Shown: positions 12,761-23,498, numbered from the whole stretch's first letter. The stretch: 63,882 nucleotides of DNA, filler included, from Octopus bimaculoides (GCF_001194135.2; 7 parts of 7 records of this genome joined end to end with filler, not necessarily neighbours in it), one strand, 5' to 3'. Notes: generated by a model from the letters alone, not told the origin. Made by a program: numbers and translations.

Positions 12761-15176
12761 AAAACATATTTTGTATATATCATATATGTACATACACACA
12801 CACGCATATTTACACACATATATTTATATTTTTGTAATGTAATTGTATCTTCTTTATTTGCGTGTGTAATAATGAATATATGGCGTAAGTTTAACCGTCG
12901 TAGTAAGTGTTAAAATCATCATATGTTCAATTTTTTGTTATCTCTGAAAATTACTAAGGCTTGTATTGTTATTTGAATCAACACCTTTTATTGTTGTTAT
13001 TTTGGAATTAATTCGATTAATGATAGAATGAATACGTGCAACGCAGCACAGCGCTAAGAGCTATGTACAGCAAAATATAACACTCAGAATAAATCAGATA
13101 CCAAGTCGATGGTGCAGAAATCCAAACATTATCATTTATATTTCAGTGGCTACACGACTCCCATTGATCGTGTCTGACACATTTCAAATTCTTCTCATTC
13201 TGAATATATAATTTCGAAAGTCTAAAACTATAGATGTGTTTTCTCTCTTCACTGTGCCGAGTAATATGAAAAGCAAAAAAAAAAACAAAAAAATCTTAAA
13301 TTCTTTATATTCAAGTTTTCAAGTAAAAAATCATATAAAGTCTTACGAAATAAATGCACAATGACTAGAAATATTAAAAGGAATGCTTCTTATATTCCGA
13401 CAACGCTATGTTGTGATAATTGGTTTGTAAATGTAATTGTATTTAAGTTCGTTTAGATCAAAAATTAAATAAAATATCTCAGCATATCCTTTCTTACATA
13501 AAACCATTTTGCTTGATCAGTATGCCACTGAAACACACGCGAGCAAAAGAATGTAGTATTAATTTCAATGTTCGAAATTAGACTTGGCATAAATACTATA
13601 GCACTCATTATAAACTTACTATTCTAAGTCATTAGCTATCAAAACTAACTCTTTGAATTGTGGTTATTTACTTATCAAATGATAAGCGAGAAAAGTGAAA
13701 AAAAAAAAAAAATGAAGTGAGTTAATAATTGTAAACTTTCAAATGTTGTGATCAGGTATCTCTTCTTAATGTTGTAATCAGGTATCTTTTCAAGTTTTAG
13801 CGCTAGACAGTGGGCTTCGGAACTGTTTTGGCACGCACGTGCAATGATTTGAAGGTGACGCTTCGAATTGACACCCTATTGTAGTACTAGTTTTGACAAT
13901 TTCTTTGGTTTAAAAGCATCAGTATTATACGATAATTTTCTAACTCTTAAATTACGTTCTACGAGGAAAACCATCCAAAACATTAGAGACTAAGATTCAG
14001 CCTACCAGAAAAATTCACTCTATAGACTTTGCTCTTCTGTAGTGTAAAATACCAAAGTAATATATCCTCTTTTTTTGCTTTTCCTTAAAGCGTTTATATC
14101 ATATTTCTTTGAGCTAAACATTTATTGTATGCAAAATTCATTTTAAAATATTTTCTCCTCGTATTTTGAATTTAAGAAAGTTTTCGCCTATTTTGAAATT
14201 GAATTGTTTTCTTTATTCTTAACCCTGTTTCTGCTTGTAAGATTTGTGAATAGTTAATAAGTCACTAATATTATTACAAAATATTGATGTTCAAAAGCCA
14301 AAGAACGTTTTGAGGAAAATAAAATTAAAATGGCTTGCTCATTCCGAAACAACCTAAGACAAAAAAATGTAAATTATAATATTAACATCGAAAATTTTGT
14401 ACTGTTTTCCTATCAGGTAAAAGTGTTGATGGATTGCAAAGGGAAACCTATAAGTGGGCTTCAGTATTTTTCAAATTCTTGAGTGGCTAAATTTATTGCG
14501 GTGTTTCATAACGATAGAAATATCACAATTTCAGAGTTTTCTCAATTACCGTATAAAATAAGTAGCACAGAACACCGAATTTAAGGTGTTAGAGATTATA
14601 CTATTTGCAACTAAAGATAGAAGTGATATAATTGTCATAATAATGTTTATCATTATATGCCGCTGTATCGTGTCAATATACGTAATATAAATTTTCGTGA
14701 AACTAATCGTGTTTTAATTTCCATGTGCGAGTTTTAGTGGTGTAGTGACATTGAAGAATCTTATGTAAGAAAAGAAAAACTGAAATATCTTATGCAAATT
14801 TTGATCTAACAATAAGTGCATAACTGCATTTACAATTAAATAGAAAATCCTTTCAACTTTTCGTTTCCTCTATGAACAGTTCTATTTTTTCTTTTGTATA
14901 TATAATTGAACTATATAAATAATTCTGCATTTGTTTCAGTAATATGCACTCGCTATAATCATGCACTATTCTGCTCTTATCAAGGGATTTTTTTATGATT
15001 TTCTTAGCAGGAGCCAAGGGGATTAGCGACACTTTCGCAAACGTATTTACTAAAACGCAAACCGAATTATTATAAATAGTAATTTAAAAGTCAAAATGGA
15101 AATAATGTAAAATATGAGTAAACGAATTCTTGAGAAATAAAATATTTCGAAGTAAAGCTGTAGTTGTGAACAATGA

Positions 15177-15209
<33 letters not shown>

Positions 15210-15215
15210 AATGTC

Positions 15216-15345
15216 ACATTGCTCCAGCTTTCAAAAATGAGCAGACCTGCGGTGAGCCGGCGTCCCATCTAAAGAGGAATATCTACAAGATTTAGCAAAA
15301 CCGGACTGATAAGAGTATGCCATGTGAAGGAACTTTGATCCTATT
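15216..15345 (+). mobile_element. Degenerate SINE family 2 3' part
   Basis: TCACATTGCTCCAG...AAAATGAG...CGGCGTCCCATC resembles the family 2 body. Confidence 0.5.
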
Positions 15346-15814
15346 TCATACACCTAGCATTCACTGAACACTATATTTAGAAGTAATATACTTTAAGTAT
15401 CATGCGTTGATAGTTCTGTAATCGGACGGACTTGTATAGTGTGAAGTGTACTATCCTGCAATAAACATGTCTGTTTTATGAGACAAAATCTGAAAAAAAT
15501 TAGTGAAGCAAAGTAGATAAAGAAATAAACAACGAAAAAACAGCAATGTATTTATTTTAGCACAAAAAGAAGATATACTAAACTTTTATCATGATGTATA
15601 ATTTTCATATCGCATTTATTGATAGTTATTAAGGCCCGAAACTTCGGTGCCATAGTTTAGGGACATTCTGTATGTATGTATTTATACATGCATGTATACA
15701 TACATACATNNNNNNNNNNCATACATACATACATACATACATACATACATACATACATACATAAAATTAGTCATGACACTAGTATTTTTGAAAATTCTAC
15801 CAATAGCAACAAAA

Positions 15815-16420
15815 GATTTTGAGATGGTTGCAAGATGTTGAAAAGAAAGTGCGGATACTCAACGAAAAACCAGCATCAAGAGTGGAAAACATCCAGAAAC
15901 ATGAAGGGCCACAATTTCTCAAGGAGTTGATATCTATAGGAAAAATCAAACAATGGTGCTAAGAATGGATTCAGTCCTTGCTGTACAAGAAAAACACCTT
16001 AAGACGCTGCCCAAATTCAGAGTCATCCATTTCATCAGTCACCCCAGTAAAGTATTGCGCAGAATCCTTTTATACAGACTTGAGGAAATTTACGCAGAGG
16101 AAATTTACGCAGAGGAAATTTACGCAGAGGAAATTTACGCAGAGGAAATTTACGCAGAGGAAATTTACGCAGAGGAAATTTACGCAGAGGAAATTTACGC
16201 AAAAGAGCAGATAAGATTCAGTTCAGCTATAGATCAGAGGTGATATTCAACATCGGACTTCTACCACAATTTCTTTAACGATTCTTGACATGAATGTTTG
16301 TCAAGTGATAAGAGGGTGGTTTTGCTTCGAAAGTTGATGAAGGATTTGAGCATCTAAGTGATTCAAGTACTACACGAACACAAGACTTCTTGAAAGCAAT
16401 AGTTTGCATTCGTCAATGAT
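15815..16420 (+). mobile_element. Old RTE/BovB-like reverse-transcriptase fossil
   Basis: Frameshifted reads EWIQSL..YKK..LRRCPN and VIHFISHPSKVLRRILLYRL-EEIYA-KEQ..F match the RT motif ISLISHPSKVMLRIILNRL...AEEI.AEEQAGFR. Confidence 0.75.
16082..16201 (+). repeat. Perfect 15-nt tandem repeat x8 (GAGGAAATTTACGCA)
   Basis: Eight identical units counted directly. Confidence 0.95.
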
Positions 16421-16645
16421 TTTTCTTTTCCCTAATTTTTTTCAGCGCCTTCTTGAAAAATATGGATAAGTCTATCTGCGTTCTACCTCCCCTTCCATCT
16501 AAGACATCCCTTTGCAGACTACATTTTTCTAACGATATAGAGCCAATGGAAATTAGCGAAGGAGGACTCCAGAAATTCTTTATCAAGACCAACAGTAGTA
16601 TAGGAATACCATCAGTAGTATAGGAAGACCATCAGTAGTATAGGA

Positions 16646-16964
16646 CAGGGGTTTTCAAACTTTTTGACTTGCGGACCCCTTTATATTTCAGGATTTACCT
16701 TAGGGACCCCCTTATAAACGCTTATGACATTTATACATAAATATTTGCTTAAAATAACATATATTTTTACATTTATTTATTTAACAGTATTTAACAAATA
16801 GGTTTATTGTCAATTAAAAGATTTCGATTAAAAGACATATATAAAATCAAATTGCCCATAAAAAGTATTTGCTGTCTACGGACCCCCTGTCATGTCCTTG
16901 CGGACCCCCTGTCCTGTCCTTGCGGACCCCCTGTGGTCCGCGGACCACAGTTTGAAAACCCCTG
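16646..16964. mobile_element. hAT-like MITE, 319 bp, complete
   Basis: Perfect 15-bp TIR CAGGGGTTTTCAAAC/GTTTGAAAACCCCTG, 8-bp TSD GTATAGGA at 16638-16645 and 16965-16972, and subterminal GCGGACC repeats. Confidence 0.95.
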
Positions 16965-17609
16965 GTATAGGAAATGAAGGTCATTTTAGGAAAGAGCAAG
17001 ATTCTGATCATCGGCCACAAATAGAGTACAACATCTAATATATACTAACATCAGTATTGTGGCCTGCCGGGGTATTTAATATCGGAAATAAACACAATTA
17101 CATGAATTCATTACATTATTCACCCGATAAGTTAATTTAAAAAGATGCTGACAATCTTCAGTTTGTCTAGGAAGGTTGATTTATTCATGTTGCTTGAAGC
17201 TAAGCAGATCAGATAAAGTTTAACTTCATACACATGCGCAAAAATACTATATGAACCTAATATATAATTTATTATATATTTTTTTTATTTTCTGGGAAAA
17301 TACCATTTTTTTTTTTTTTCGTAATACTGTACTGATTTACATAATCACTTGAAATTAATTATTTTTTTAATGAACGTTTTCTAATGTCTGTTGTAAGGTT
17401 TGGAGCTTACAATTTTCTCTTAGCAGCAAAAAAGGAGAAAAATTTCACAAAAAAGTCACATAGTGTATAACCTCTTCCTTGAAAAATGCACCTGTGCATA
17501 ATTACAATTGCCTGAGTACAAAACTTTGACCTTCAAATTGAAACACATATATATATATATTCACTTTTCTATATTATGATATGTATGTTTATATATTAAT
17601 TTATTTTTA

Positions 17610-17770
17610 CATGGCTGTGTAGTAAGAAGCTTGCTTCTCAACCACATGATTTCGGGTTCACTCCCACTGCGTGGAACCTTGGGCAAGTGTCTTCTACTCT
17701 AGCCTCGGGCCGACCAAAGCCTTGTGCGTGGGTTTGATAGATGGAAACTGAAAGAAGCCTGTCGAATGTG
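17610..17770 (+). mobile_element. SINE family 1, 5' half
   Basis: CATGGCTGTGTAGTAAGAAGCTTGC...CCTTGGGCAAGTGTCTTCTAC...GGAAACTGAAAGAAGCC. A second, more degenerate copy lies at about 17905-18045. Confidence 0.85.
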
Positions 17771-18194
17771 TGTGTGTGTGTAAGTATGTATGCGTGTATG
17801 TAAATATGAATATCTACAGCGAGGGTTTATAATCGCTTTTTAATAGATTACTCTGGCCATTTTTAACCATAGAATTTATTGATGTTTGAATATAAAGCAT
17901 AACTATGTAGTTAAGGAGCTCGCGTTGGAACCACGTGGTTTCTTGTTCAGTCCAACTGGGTGGCAGTTTCAGCAAATGTCTCCTACTATAACCCCGAGTA
18001 GACCATTGAATTTGGTAGGTGGAAATAGTGGAGAAGCTTGTCATACGTATGTTTGCGTTTGTGTGTGTGTGAGTGTGTCTTTTGTGTTTGTGTGTCTTTT
18101 GTGTTCGTGTGTGTACTCTTACACACTGCTTGAAAATCGGTACTTGTTTGTTTACGTCCCCGTAATTTGCGATATGGGTATACACATATTCTTT

Positions 18195-19165
18195 GCGACC
18201 TCCCAAACGAATTTAAACATCATGAAAATTCATGAACTAATCTTGGAGGACCATCACCGGACAATTGACGAACTTGTTGATATGACTGGTGTGTCCTGGA
18301 GCTCCTGCCAGCGAATTTTGAGCGAGGAATTGCAGATGAAAAGAGTTGCAGCAAAATTTGTGCCTCACTTGCTCACGGACGATCAAAAGCAGTCACGACT
18401 GAATGCGTGTCATGAACTGAAAGAACAGCTGGAAATTGATTCGAAAGTTATCACTAGTGACGAAAGCCGGTGCTATGGCTACGACCCAGAGACGAAGCAG
18501 CAATCAAGTCAATGGAAGCATTCAATGTCACCACGCCCACAAAATGTGTGTCAAGAGAAGTCCAATGTCAAGACGATGTTGATATATTTCATCGATGCGA
18601 AAGGAATCGTCCNNNNNNNNNNNNNNNNNNNNNNNNNNNNNNNNNNNNNNNNNNNNNNNNNNNNNNNNNNNNNNNNNNNNNNNNNNNNNNNNNNNNNNNN
18701 NNNNNNNNNNNNNNNNNNNNNNNNNNNNNNNNNNNNNNNNNNNNNNNNNNNNNNNNNNNNNNNNNNNNNNNNNNNNNNNNNNNNNNNNNNNNNNNNNNNN
18801 NNNNNNNNNNNNNNNNNNNNNNNNNNNNNNNNNNNNNNNNNNNNNNNNNNNNNNNNNNNNNNNNNNNNNNNNNNNNNNNNNNNNNNNNNNNNNNNNNNNN
18901 NNNNNNNNNNNNNNNNNNNNNNNNNNNNNNNNNNNNNNNNNNNNNNNNNNNNNNNNNNNNNNNNNNNNNNNNNNNNNNNNNNNNNNNNNNNNNNNNNNNN
19001 NNNNNNNNNNNNNNNNNNNNNNNNNNNNNNNNNNNGTGAAGAAAAAAATGACGGAAGCGCTAAAAGGCATAACTTCGCAAGATTTCCAAGACTGCTTCGA
19101 ACAGTGGAAAACGCATTTAGACCAAAGCATCGCTTCAAATGGAGAATACTTTGAAGGCGACAAAG
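18195..19165 (+). mobile_element. mariner-family transposase remnant spanning an N gap
   Basis: TIDELVDMTGVSWSSCQRILSEELQMKRVAAKFVPHLLT, VITSDESRCYGYDPETKQQSSQW and, after the gap, FEQWKTHLDQSIASNGEYFEGD are typical mariner motifs. The N-terminus and TIRs are not visible. Confidence 0.92.
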
Positions 19166-19221
19166 ATGTAAACATACCAAACTAAATGAATGAAATGTTT
19201 CAAAATGACGGACTGACTTTT

Positions 19222-19366
19222 TTTCGTTTTCCATCTGCCAAATCAACTTAGGTCGGCCCGAGTTTATAGTAGAAGACACTTGCCAAAGAAGCCATGCAGC
19301 GGGACTGAACCCAGGTTCAAGTGCTTGTGAAGTAAACTTCTTACCACACAGCCACGCCTGTGCCTA
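19222..19366 (-). mobile_element. SINE family 1, 5' half
   Basis: Reverse complement of the head and CORE-like segment. Confidence 0.8.
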
Positions 19367-19618
19367 TACAAATGAAATGAGTAGTATAAGATGCGGATTC
19401 AGAGAGTCGTGCGGCTACCACAGTAACCTCCTCTTTTTGACTCGGTTAACAGGATGCATAGGAATCAAGTACAAAGAAGTGTAATGTAGAGTGTCTGACA
19501 ATGTAACTGACAATCCAGAAGGTTCTATCGATAAAGTTATTTCATGAAGAGTACATTCCTCATGAAATAAGTTCATCGATAGGATCTTTTGGATTTTCGG
19601 AAGCATCTTCATATTCGA

Positions 19619-19699
19619 GGTTCCGATGAAGCTCTAAGCTGCTATTCAGGCACTCAACTATGAGTCCACCGCATCTTATAGCAGAAACAGCTGTAAGCT
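19619..19699 (+). ncRNA. Type I hammerhead-ribozyme-like motif, long stem II
   Basis: GGTT-CCGATGA-A-[GCTCTAAGCTGC...GCATCTTATAGC, 10 of 12 paired]-A-GAAA-CAGCTG-TA-AGCT. The core has a U-to-C change. Confidence 0.5.
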
Positions 19700-19908
19700 A
19701 ATGACGTTCATAACATAATCGTCTTTTCCTGTGTCATCTCTTTTATATATATATATATATNNNNNNNNNNNNNNNNNNNNNNNNNNNNNNNNNNNNNNNN
19801 NNNNTTAATTAATTAANNNNNNNNNNNNNNNNNNNNNNNNNNNNNNNNNNNNNNNNNNNNGGTGTAATCTTTCCTGTGAACCAAAGATTTAGTCTTTGCT
19901 TGGTTTAC

Positions 19909-20038
19909 TTTGAGAGCCCCTTGATTCTAGGTTTTTGTTCCCAAGTTCGGAATTTGGTCTCTCAATCTGTAACCATTTCAGCTGAAGAACTAAGCCATCA
20001 GCTTAGATGAGTTTGAACGGATAAACAGTCTTAAATTC
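19909..20038 (-). pseudogene. Candidate next TBK1-like exon, apparently interrupted
   Basis: Acceptor cataacAG at 20039-20041 continues exon D in phase (AT+G = Met, then NLRLFIRSNSSKLMA) but reaches TAG at 19992-19990. A possible donor GTaaac lies at 19908. It is within 200 bp of a contig end. Confidence 0.35.
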
Positions 20039-20575
20039 CTGTTATGATTGGATGATACTAATAAACAAAAAGGGACTGAGAATTGAACCCTAATGTACAC
20101 CAACAATATTGTCGTTATCATTGTTTTAATGTCCTCTTTTGCATGGGTCATTTATTGAGGCAAATTTTCTATCGGTGGATGCCCTTCTTGGTGCCAACCT
20201 TCCAAGCAAAGTGATATTTGTCCATGGCCAGACATGTTTGCACTGAATATTGGAATGAACGACACTGCTTGTATGACAGTGAAGCTTATTTACAACTATC
20301 ATGTGATGTCAAGACGACGATACACCCACAATCATCTGTTTAACACCTGTTTTTTCCATGTTAGATGGGGGAGTTATTTTGCTGGTTCGAATTTTCTAAA
20401 AACATTCCTCAGGTCTAAGGAAAACACAGAATGGCTGATCATAATGACATTGGCACTGTTTCTCTCTCCCCCCACCCCACACACACAATGGTCGTTCCAA
20501 ATGAATTTAACAACATCGTTACAAACATAATAACAAAATATTTCAGAACCATTTTGTTTCCTTTTTCAAACTTAC

Positions 20576-20726
20576 ATTGAATGTCTTAAAGCGTCTTGAA
20601 GAAGTTTTTGTTTCAAGTTAATATTTACAACCAAACGTTTTATGAAGAAAACTACATTTAAACACGTTCGCAGTTGGGCTCTTTCAGCAGAATGTATATC
20701 TTCTATCTTCGTTATAGGAAATTCAG
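20576..20726 (-). CDS. TBK1: TBK1/IKK-epsilon-like kinase, internal exon D (start of scaffold/dimerisation domain)
   Basis: Acceptor ttttttattgcAG and donor GTaagt. 151 nt, phase 1/2, encoding (P)EFPITKIEDIHSAERAQLRTCLNVVFFIKRLVVNINLKQKLLQDALRHS. In frame with exon C and resembles TBK1 ...[31 protein letters not shown]. Confidence 0.85.
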
Positions 20727-20953
20727 CTGCAATAAAAAATTCAAAAGGAAAGTGAAACAATTTTTTAATTATGGAGTGACAGAGCTAAGCATCGATGTGT
20801 ACAAATAAGAACTTATAACGAGTTCAAACAGACCTAAGGCAGATTTGAACACGCAAGAAAGCCACAGGGAGTTGCCAACTAGTAAAGCCAGTCATTGAAT
20901 GATGACAAGAATATCATGAGAGAGACCAGTCTCTTGTATCAGTTTACTGGTCA

Positions 20954-21001
20954 CTGCTGCTGAAGAGGAGATAATCACTCTGAAATGCCTACATCTAACA
21001 G
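20954..21001 (+). ncRNA. Minimal type I hammerhead-ribozyme-like motif
   Basis: CTGCTG-CTGAAGA-GGAG(ATAATCA)CTCT-GAAA-TG(CCTA)CA-TC-TAACAG. Core intact, all three stems can be drawn (one mismatch in stem I), AUC cleavage triplet. Confidence 0.55.
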
Positions 21002-21304
21002 ACTGGTTAAGGGGAGACTGAGAACTGACCCCGTGTATTTACATCTAATTGTCCACAGTGAGAAATTTTATTCATGATAAAATATAATGAATGGGTTTCT
21101 TTGGGTTTGAGGATACCTCAAGCATATTTGAACAGGTAACATCTTCGCATTTTTAATTAATATTAATATCATCATCATCAACCTTTGGGAATTTACTGTC
21201 TCAAGTTGTAGGACTCATAGGGGTGGTTACCAGGTTTTCCTGGTGCCTAAGTGATCAATATTACAACACTGCCTCTGAACAAAATGCCAATCTGTCGAAA
21301 GGTT

Positions 21305-21430
21305 CTTTATTTGCAGAGGAATGGATTGAAACAAGAGAGGAAATGAAGAACATAACACGTCACCCAGTCCAGGGATTGAAACCACAACCTTGCAATAATG
21401 AGTGCAACACTCTAACTACGAGGCCACACA
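21305..21430 (-). mobile_element. SINE family 2 head fragment
   Basis: CACCCAGTCCAGGGATTGAAACCACAACCTTGC...CACTCTAACTAC is the reverse complement of the tRNA-like head. Confidence 0.6.
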
Positions 21431-21574
21431 GATTTTCATTTTAATTAGAATCGAGTTAATTAAGAGACCATAATTAAACGTTCTTCTTAACTTTACAATA
21501 AAATGTCATATTAACAATTATTTTTAAATAATTCCTCCCCCGCCCCTTTTCATTATTTTAAAATGCACAAGAAT

Positions 21575-21745
21575 AGCAATTTGGCAGGGGGTCAATAGTT
21601 GATACCACTGACCCACTACATGACTGGTATTATTATATTTCATTGATCCTAGGTGAAAAGCAAAGTTAGACTTGACAGGATTTGAACTCAGAATGTAAAG
21701 AGTAGGAATAAATAGCACAAAGAATTCAATCTGATGTTCTACCGA
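21575..21745 (-). mobile_element. SINE family 3 (Nin/Deu-like central domain), degenerate
   Basis: GACTGGTATTATTATATTTCATTGATCC...GAAAAGCAAAGTTAGAC...GGATTTGAACTCAGAATGTAAAG. Confidence 0.6.
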
Positions 21746-22039
21746 TTCTACCAATGCACAGATTTAATTTATAAAAAGATTAATTATATTACAGATGTCA
21801 TCATCATCATTATTGTATTAATGTTCCTTGCTTGCAATGATCAGGCACAGATTTTCTATGGCTGGATGCCTTTCCTGTCATCAACCCTCACCTGTTTCCT
21901 TGGCCAGACACATTTTCCAAGGAAGACTGGAAACAAACAACATCACTTGTGTGATGGTGATGCTTATTCATAACCATCACATGATGTCGAATCAATGGTG
22001 CACACACACACACACACACACGTGTGCACTTTGTATATG

Positions 22040-22190
22040 CCAAGCTTCTTTCAGTTTCCAGTTATCAAATTCACTCACAAAGCTTTGTTGGCCTGGGGCC
22101 ATGGTAGAAAACACTTACCCAAAGTGCTGTGCAGTGGGACTGAACCTGAGACCACATTGTTGGCAAGTAGGCATCTTAACCACACAACAA
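22040..22190 (-). mobile_element. SINE family 1, 5' half
   Basis: GCTTCTTTCAGTTTCC...CACTTACCCAAAGTGCTGTGCAGTGGGACTGAACC. Confidence 0.8.
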
Positions 22191-22307
22191 CATTGTGTCT
22201 TATATATCATATAATTATTTCATAAATAATTATAATCTAATTATAAATAATTATAATCTAATACCAAAAAATCAAAGAAAGAAAGAGAATGGCAAAGAAG
22301 TCCTTAC

Positions 22308-22510
22308 GTATGAACTGGTCCAGCATAAGTTGTTTTCTGCTTGGTGCCACCAACAAGAAAATTGGTGTATTTATGGTAATGTTGGGATAGTTAGCAATAT
22401 GCTGCAGAGGATTAATAATGTCTGTAAGAAGATGGCCTTCGAAAAGCAGCAGCTGGCTTGCTGCATTAACATCTGTCTGTGTTGCAATTAATTCTTGTAG
22501 ATTGGTGTAA
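22308..22510 (-). CDS. TBK1: TBK1/IKK-epsilon-like kinase, internal exon C (ubiquitin-like domain)
   Basis: Acceptor ctttttctgttccAG and donor GTaagg. 203 nt, phase 2/1, encoding YTNLQELIATQTDVNAASQLLLFEGHLLTDIINPLQHIANYPNITINTPIFLLVAPSRKQLMLDQFI. Resembles the TBK1 ULD [25 protein letters not shown]...FPKTTEENPIFVV. In frame with exon B (AA+T). Confidence 0.92.
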
Positions 22511-22824
22511 CTGGAACAGAAAAAGAATGGAAGCTCATGGTTAAGTCATGAAGGAATAAGCTTGGCACTTAAAGAAAAATCTTGTTAGCATGTTTGCAGA
22601 AAAGAAGCTAAGAACTTGCTGCCTGCCACAGAAGCAGTTCAGCTGCCAAAAGAAGCAACAGGACAAAATACAACAGTAATTAGCATTATAACCATACAAA
22701 TCTACTGCAACATGTTAAGAATAAAATGATATAGCATTCCATTAAGAATAAAAATATATTTTATTGTTAATTAAAACTTTTCAATAAAAGTTCGTGGTAA
22801 TTTATTTTCCAAATTATTTTCAAG

Positions 22825-23170
22825 GGTTGGCAGGCAACCTCATTCCCCACAGAAGTCAGCTGCCATGGCTTCCCATCCAGGTCAGTGTGTTATTTCCGGC
22901 AGAAGATGATAGGCCTGGAACCCAGACAACGGAAGAAAGCCATCCAGGAAATCGGCACAGCAGCTGATGAGAGACAACAAGTGAAACCCTTCCGTAGGTG
23001 GAGACTAGCTCAGTCCTCGCTCCCCTATACAGGTGAAGTGTACAGACCAAGGGGCAAAATGCTTGTGACCATGAGATACCTGCTGACAACAGGGAAGAGT
23101 TTCCTGCATTGCAATGGATTGAGAAGGCTTGCAAAATCTCTGAGTAGCTTCCTGTGAGGCAAAGCATCTT
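22825..23170 (+). mobile_element. HERO-like (restriction-like endonuclease) non-LTR retrotransposon 3' fragment
   Basis: GWQATSFPTEVSCHGFPSRSVCYFRQKMIGLEPRQRKKAIQEIGTAA resembles the recalled HERO C-terminal motif GW.AW.FPIEVGCRGF.A.S...LG.....R.KAI.EI..AAE, followed by a putative 3' UTR. Confidence 0.7.
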
Positions 23171-23318
23171 TAATGTTTATTTCACCCATATTAATTTATC
23201 TTGCAAATTATTTTCAAAATTACCTGAAACAAACAGACTGTTTATTTCGACAAGAATATGGTAGCACAACAGTTAATCACAGATTCAATAAGATAATGAA
23301 ATAATGGAAGTGACATAC

Positions 23319-23498
23319 TTTTGGTTTCTATCTATATAGATTCTGAAGTTGCTGAAATGTTCTGGACTGAATACATGAATAACTGTTTTAGAAATGATTT
23401 CTTGGATTTTTTGGAAATAGGTGTCAAAATTCCATGTCTTCTCTGAATCTCTCTCGAGTAATCCAGCAAGAAAAGGCAGTAAAAAGTTTTTTAGTCCC
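23319..23498 (-). CDS. TBK1: TBK1/IKK-epsilon-like kinase, internal exon B (kinase end to start of ubiquitin-like domain)
   Basis: Acceptor ttttttatAG and donor GTatgt. 180 nt, phase 2/2, encoding GLKNFLLPFLAGLLERDSEKTWNFDTYFQKIQEIISKTVIHVFSPEHFSNFRIYIDRNQ. Resembles TBK1 [59 protein letters not shown]. Joins exon A in frame (CA+G = Gln). Confidence 0.93.

Noticed and set aside
13801-13854. 54-nt exon-like segment with AG/GT ends
   Set aside because: All three phases contain a stop.
15953-16243. EEIYA-repeat protein
   Set aside because: It is a tandem expansion within a decayed RT fossil, not a host gene.
17886-18194. N-terminal extension of the mariner ORF
   Set aside because: It is SINE and (TG)n sequence that happens to be open in frame.
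19982-20008. CTGAAGA-A-CTAAGC/GCTTAG-A hairpin resembling a hammerhead
   Set aside because: No GAAA or stem III follows, and it overlaps the candidate kinase exon on the other strand.
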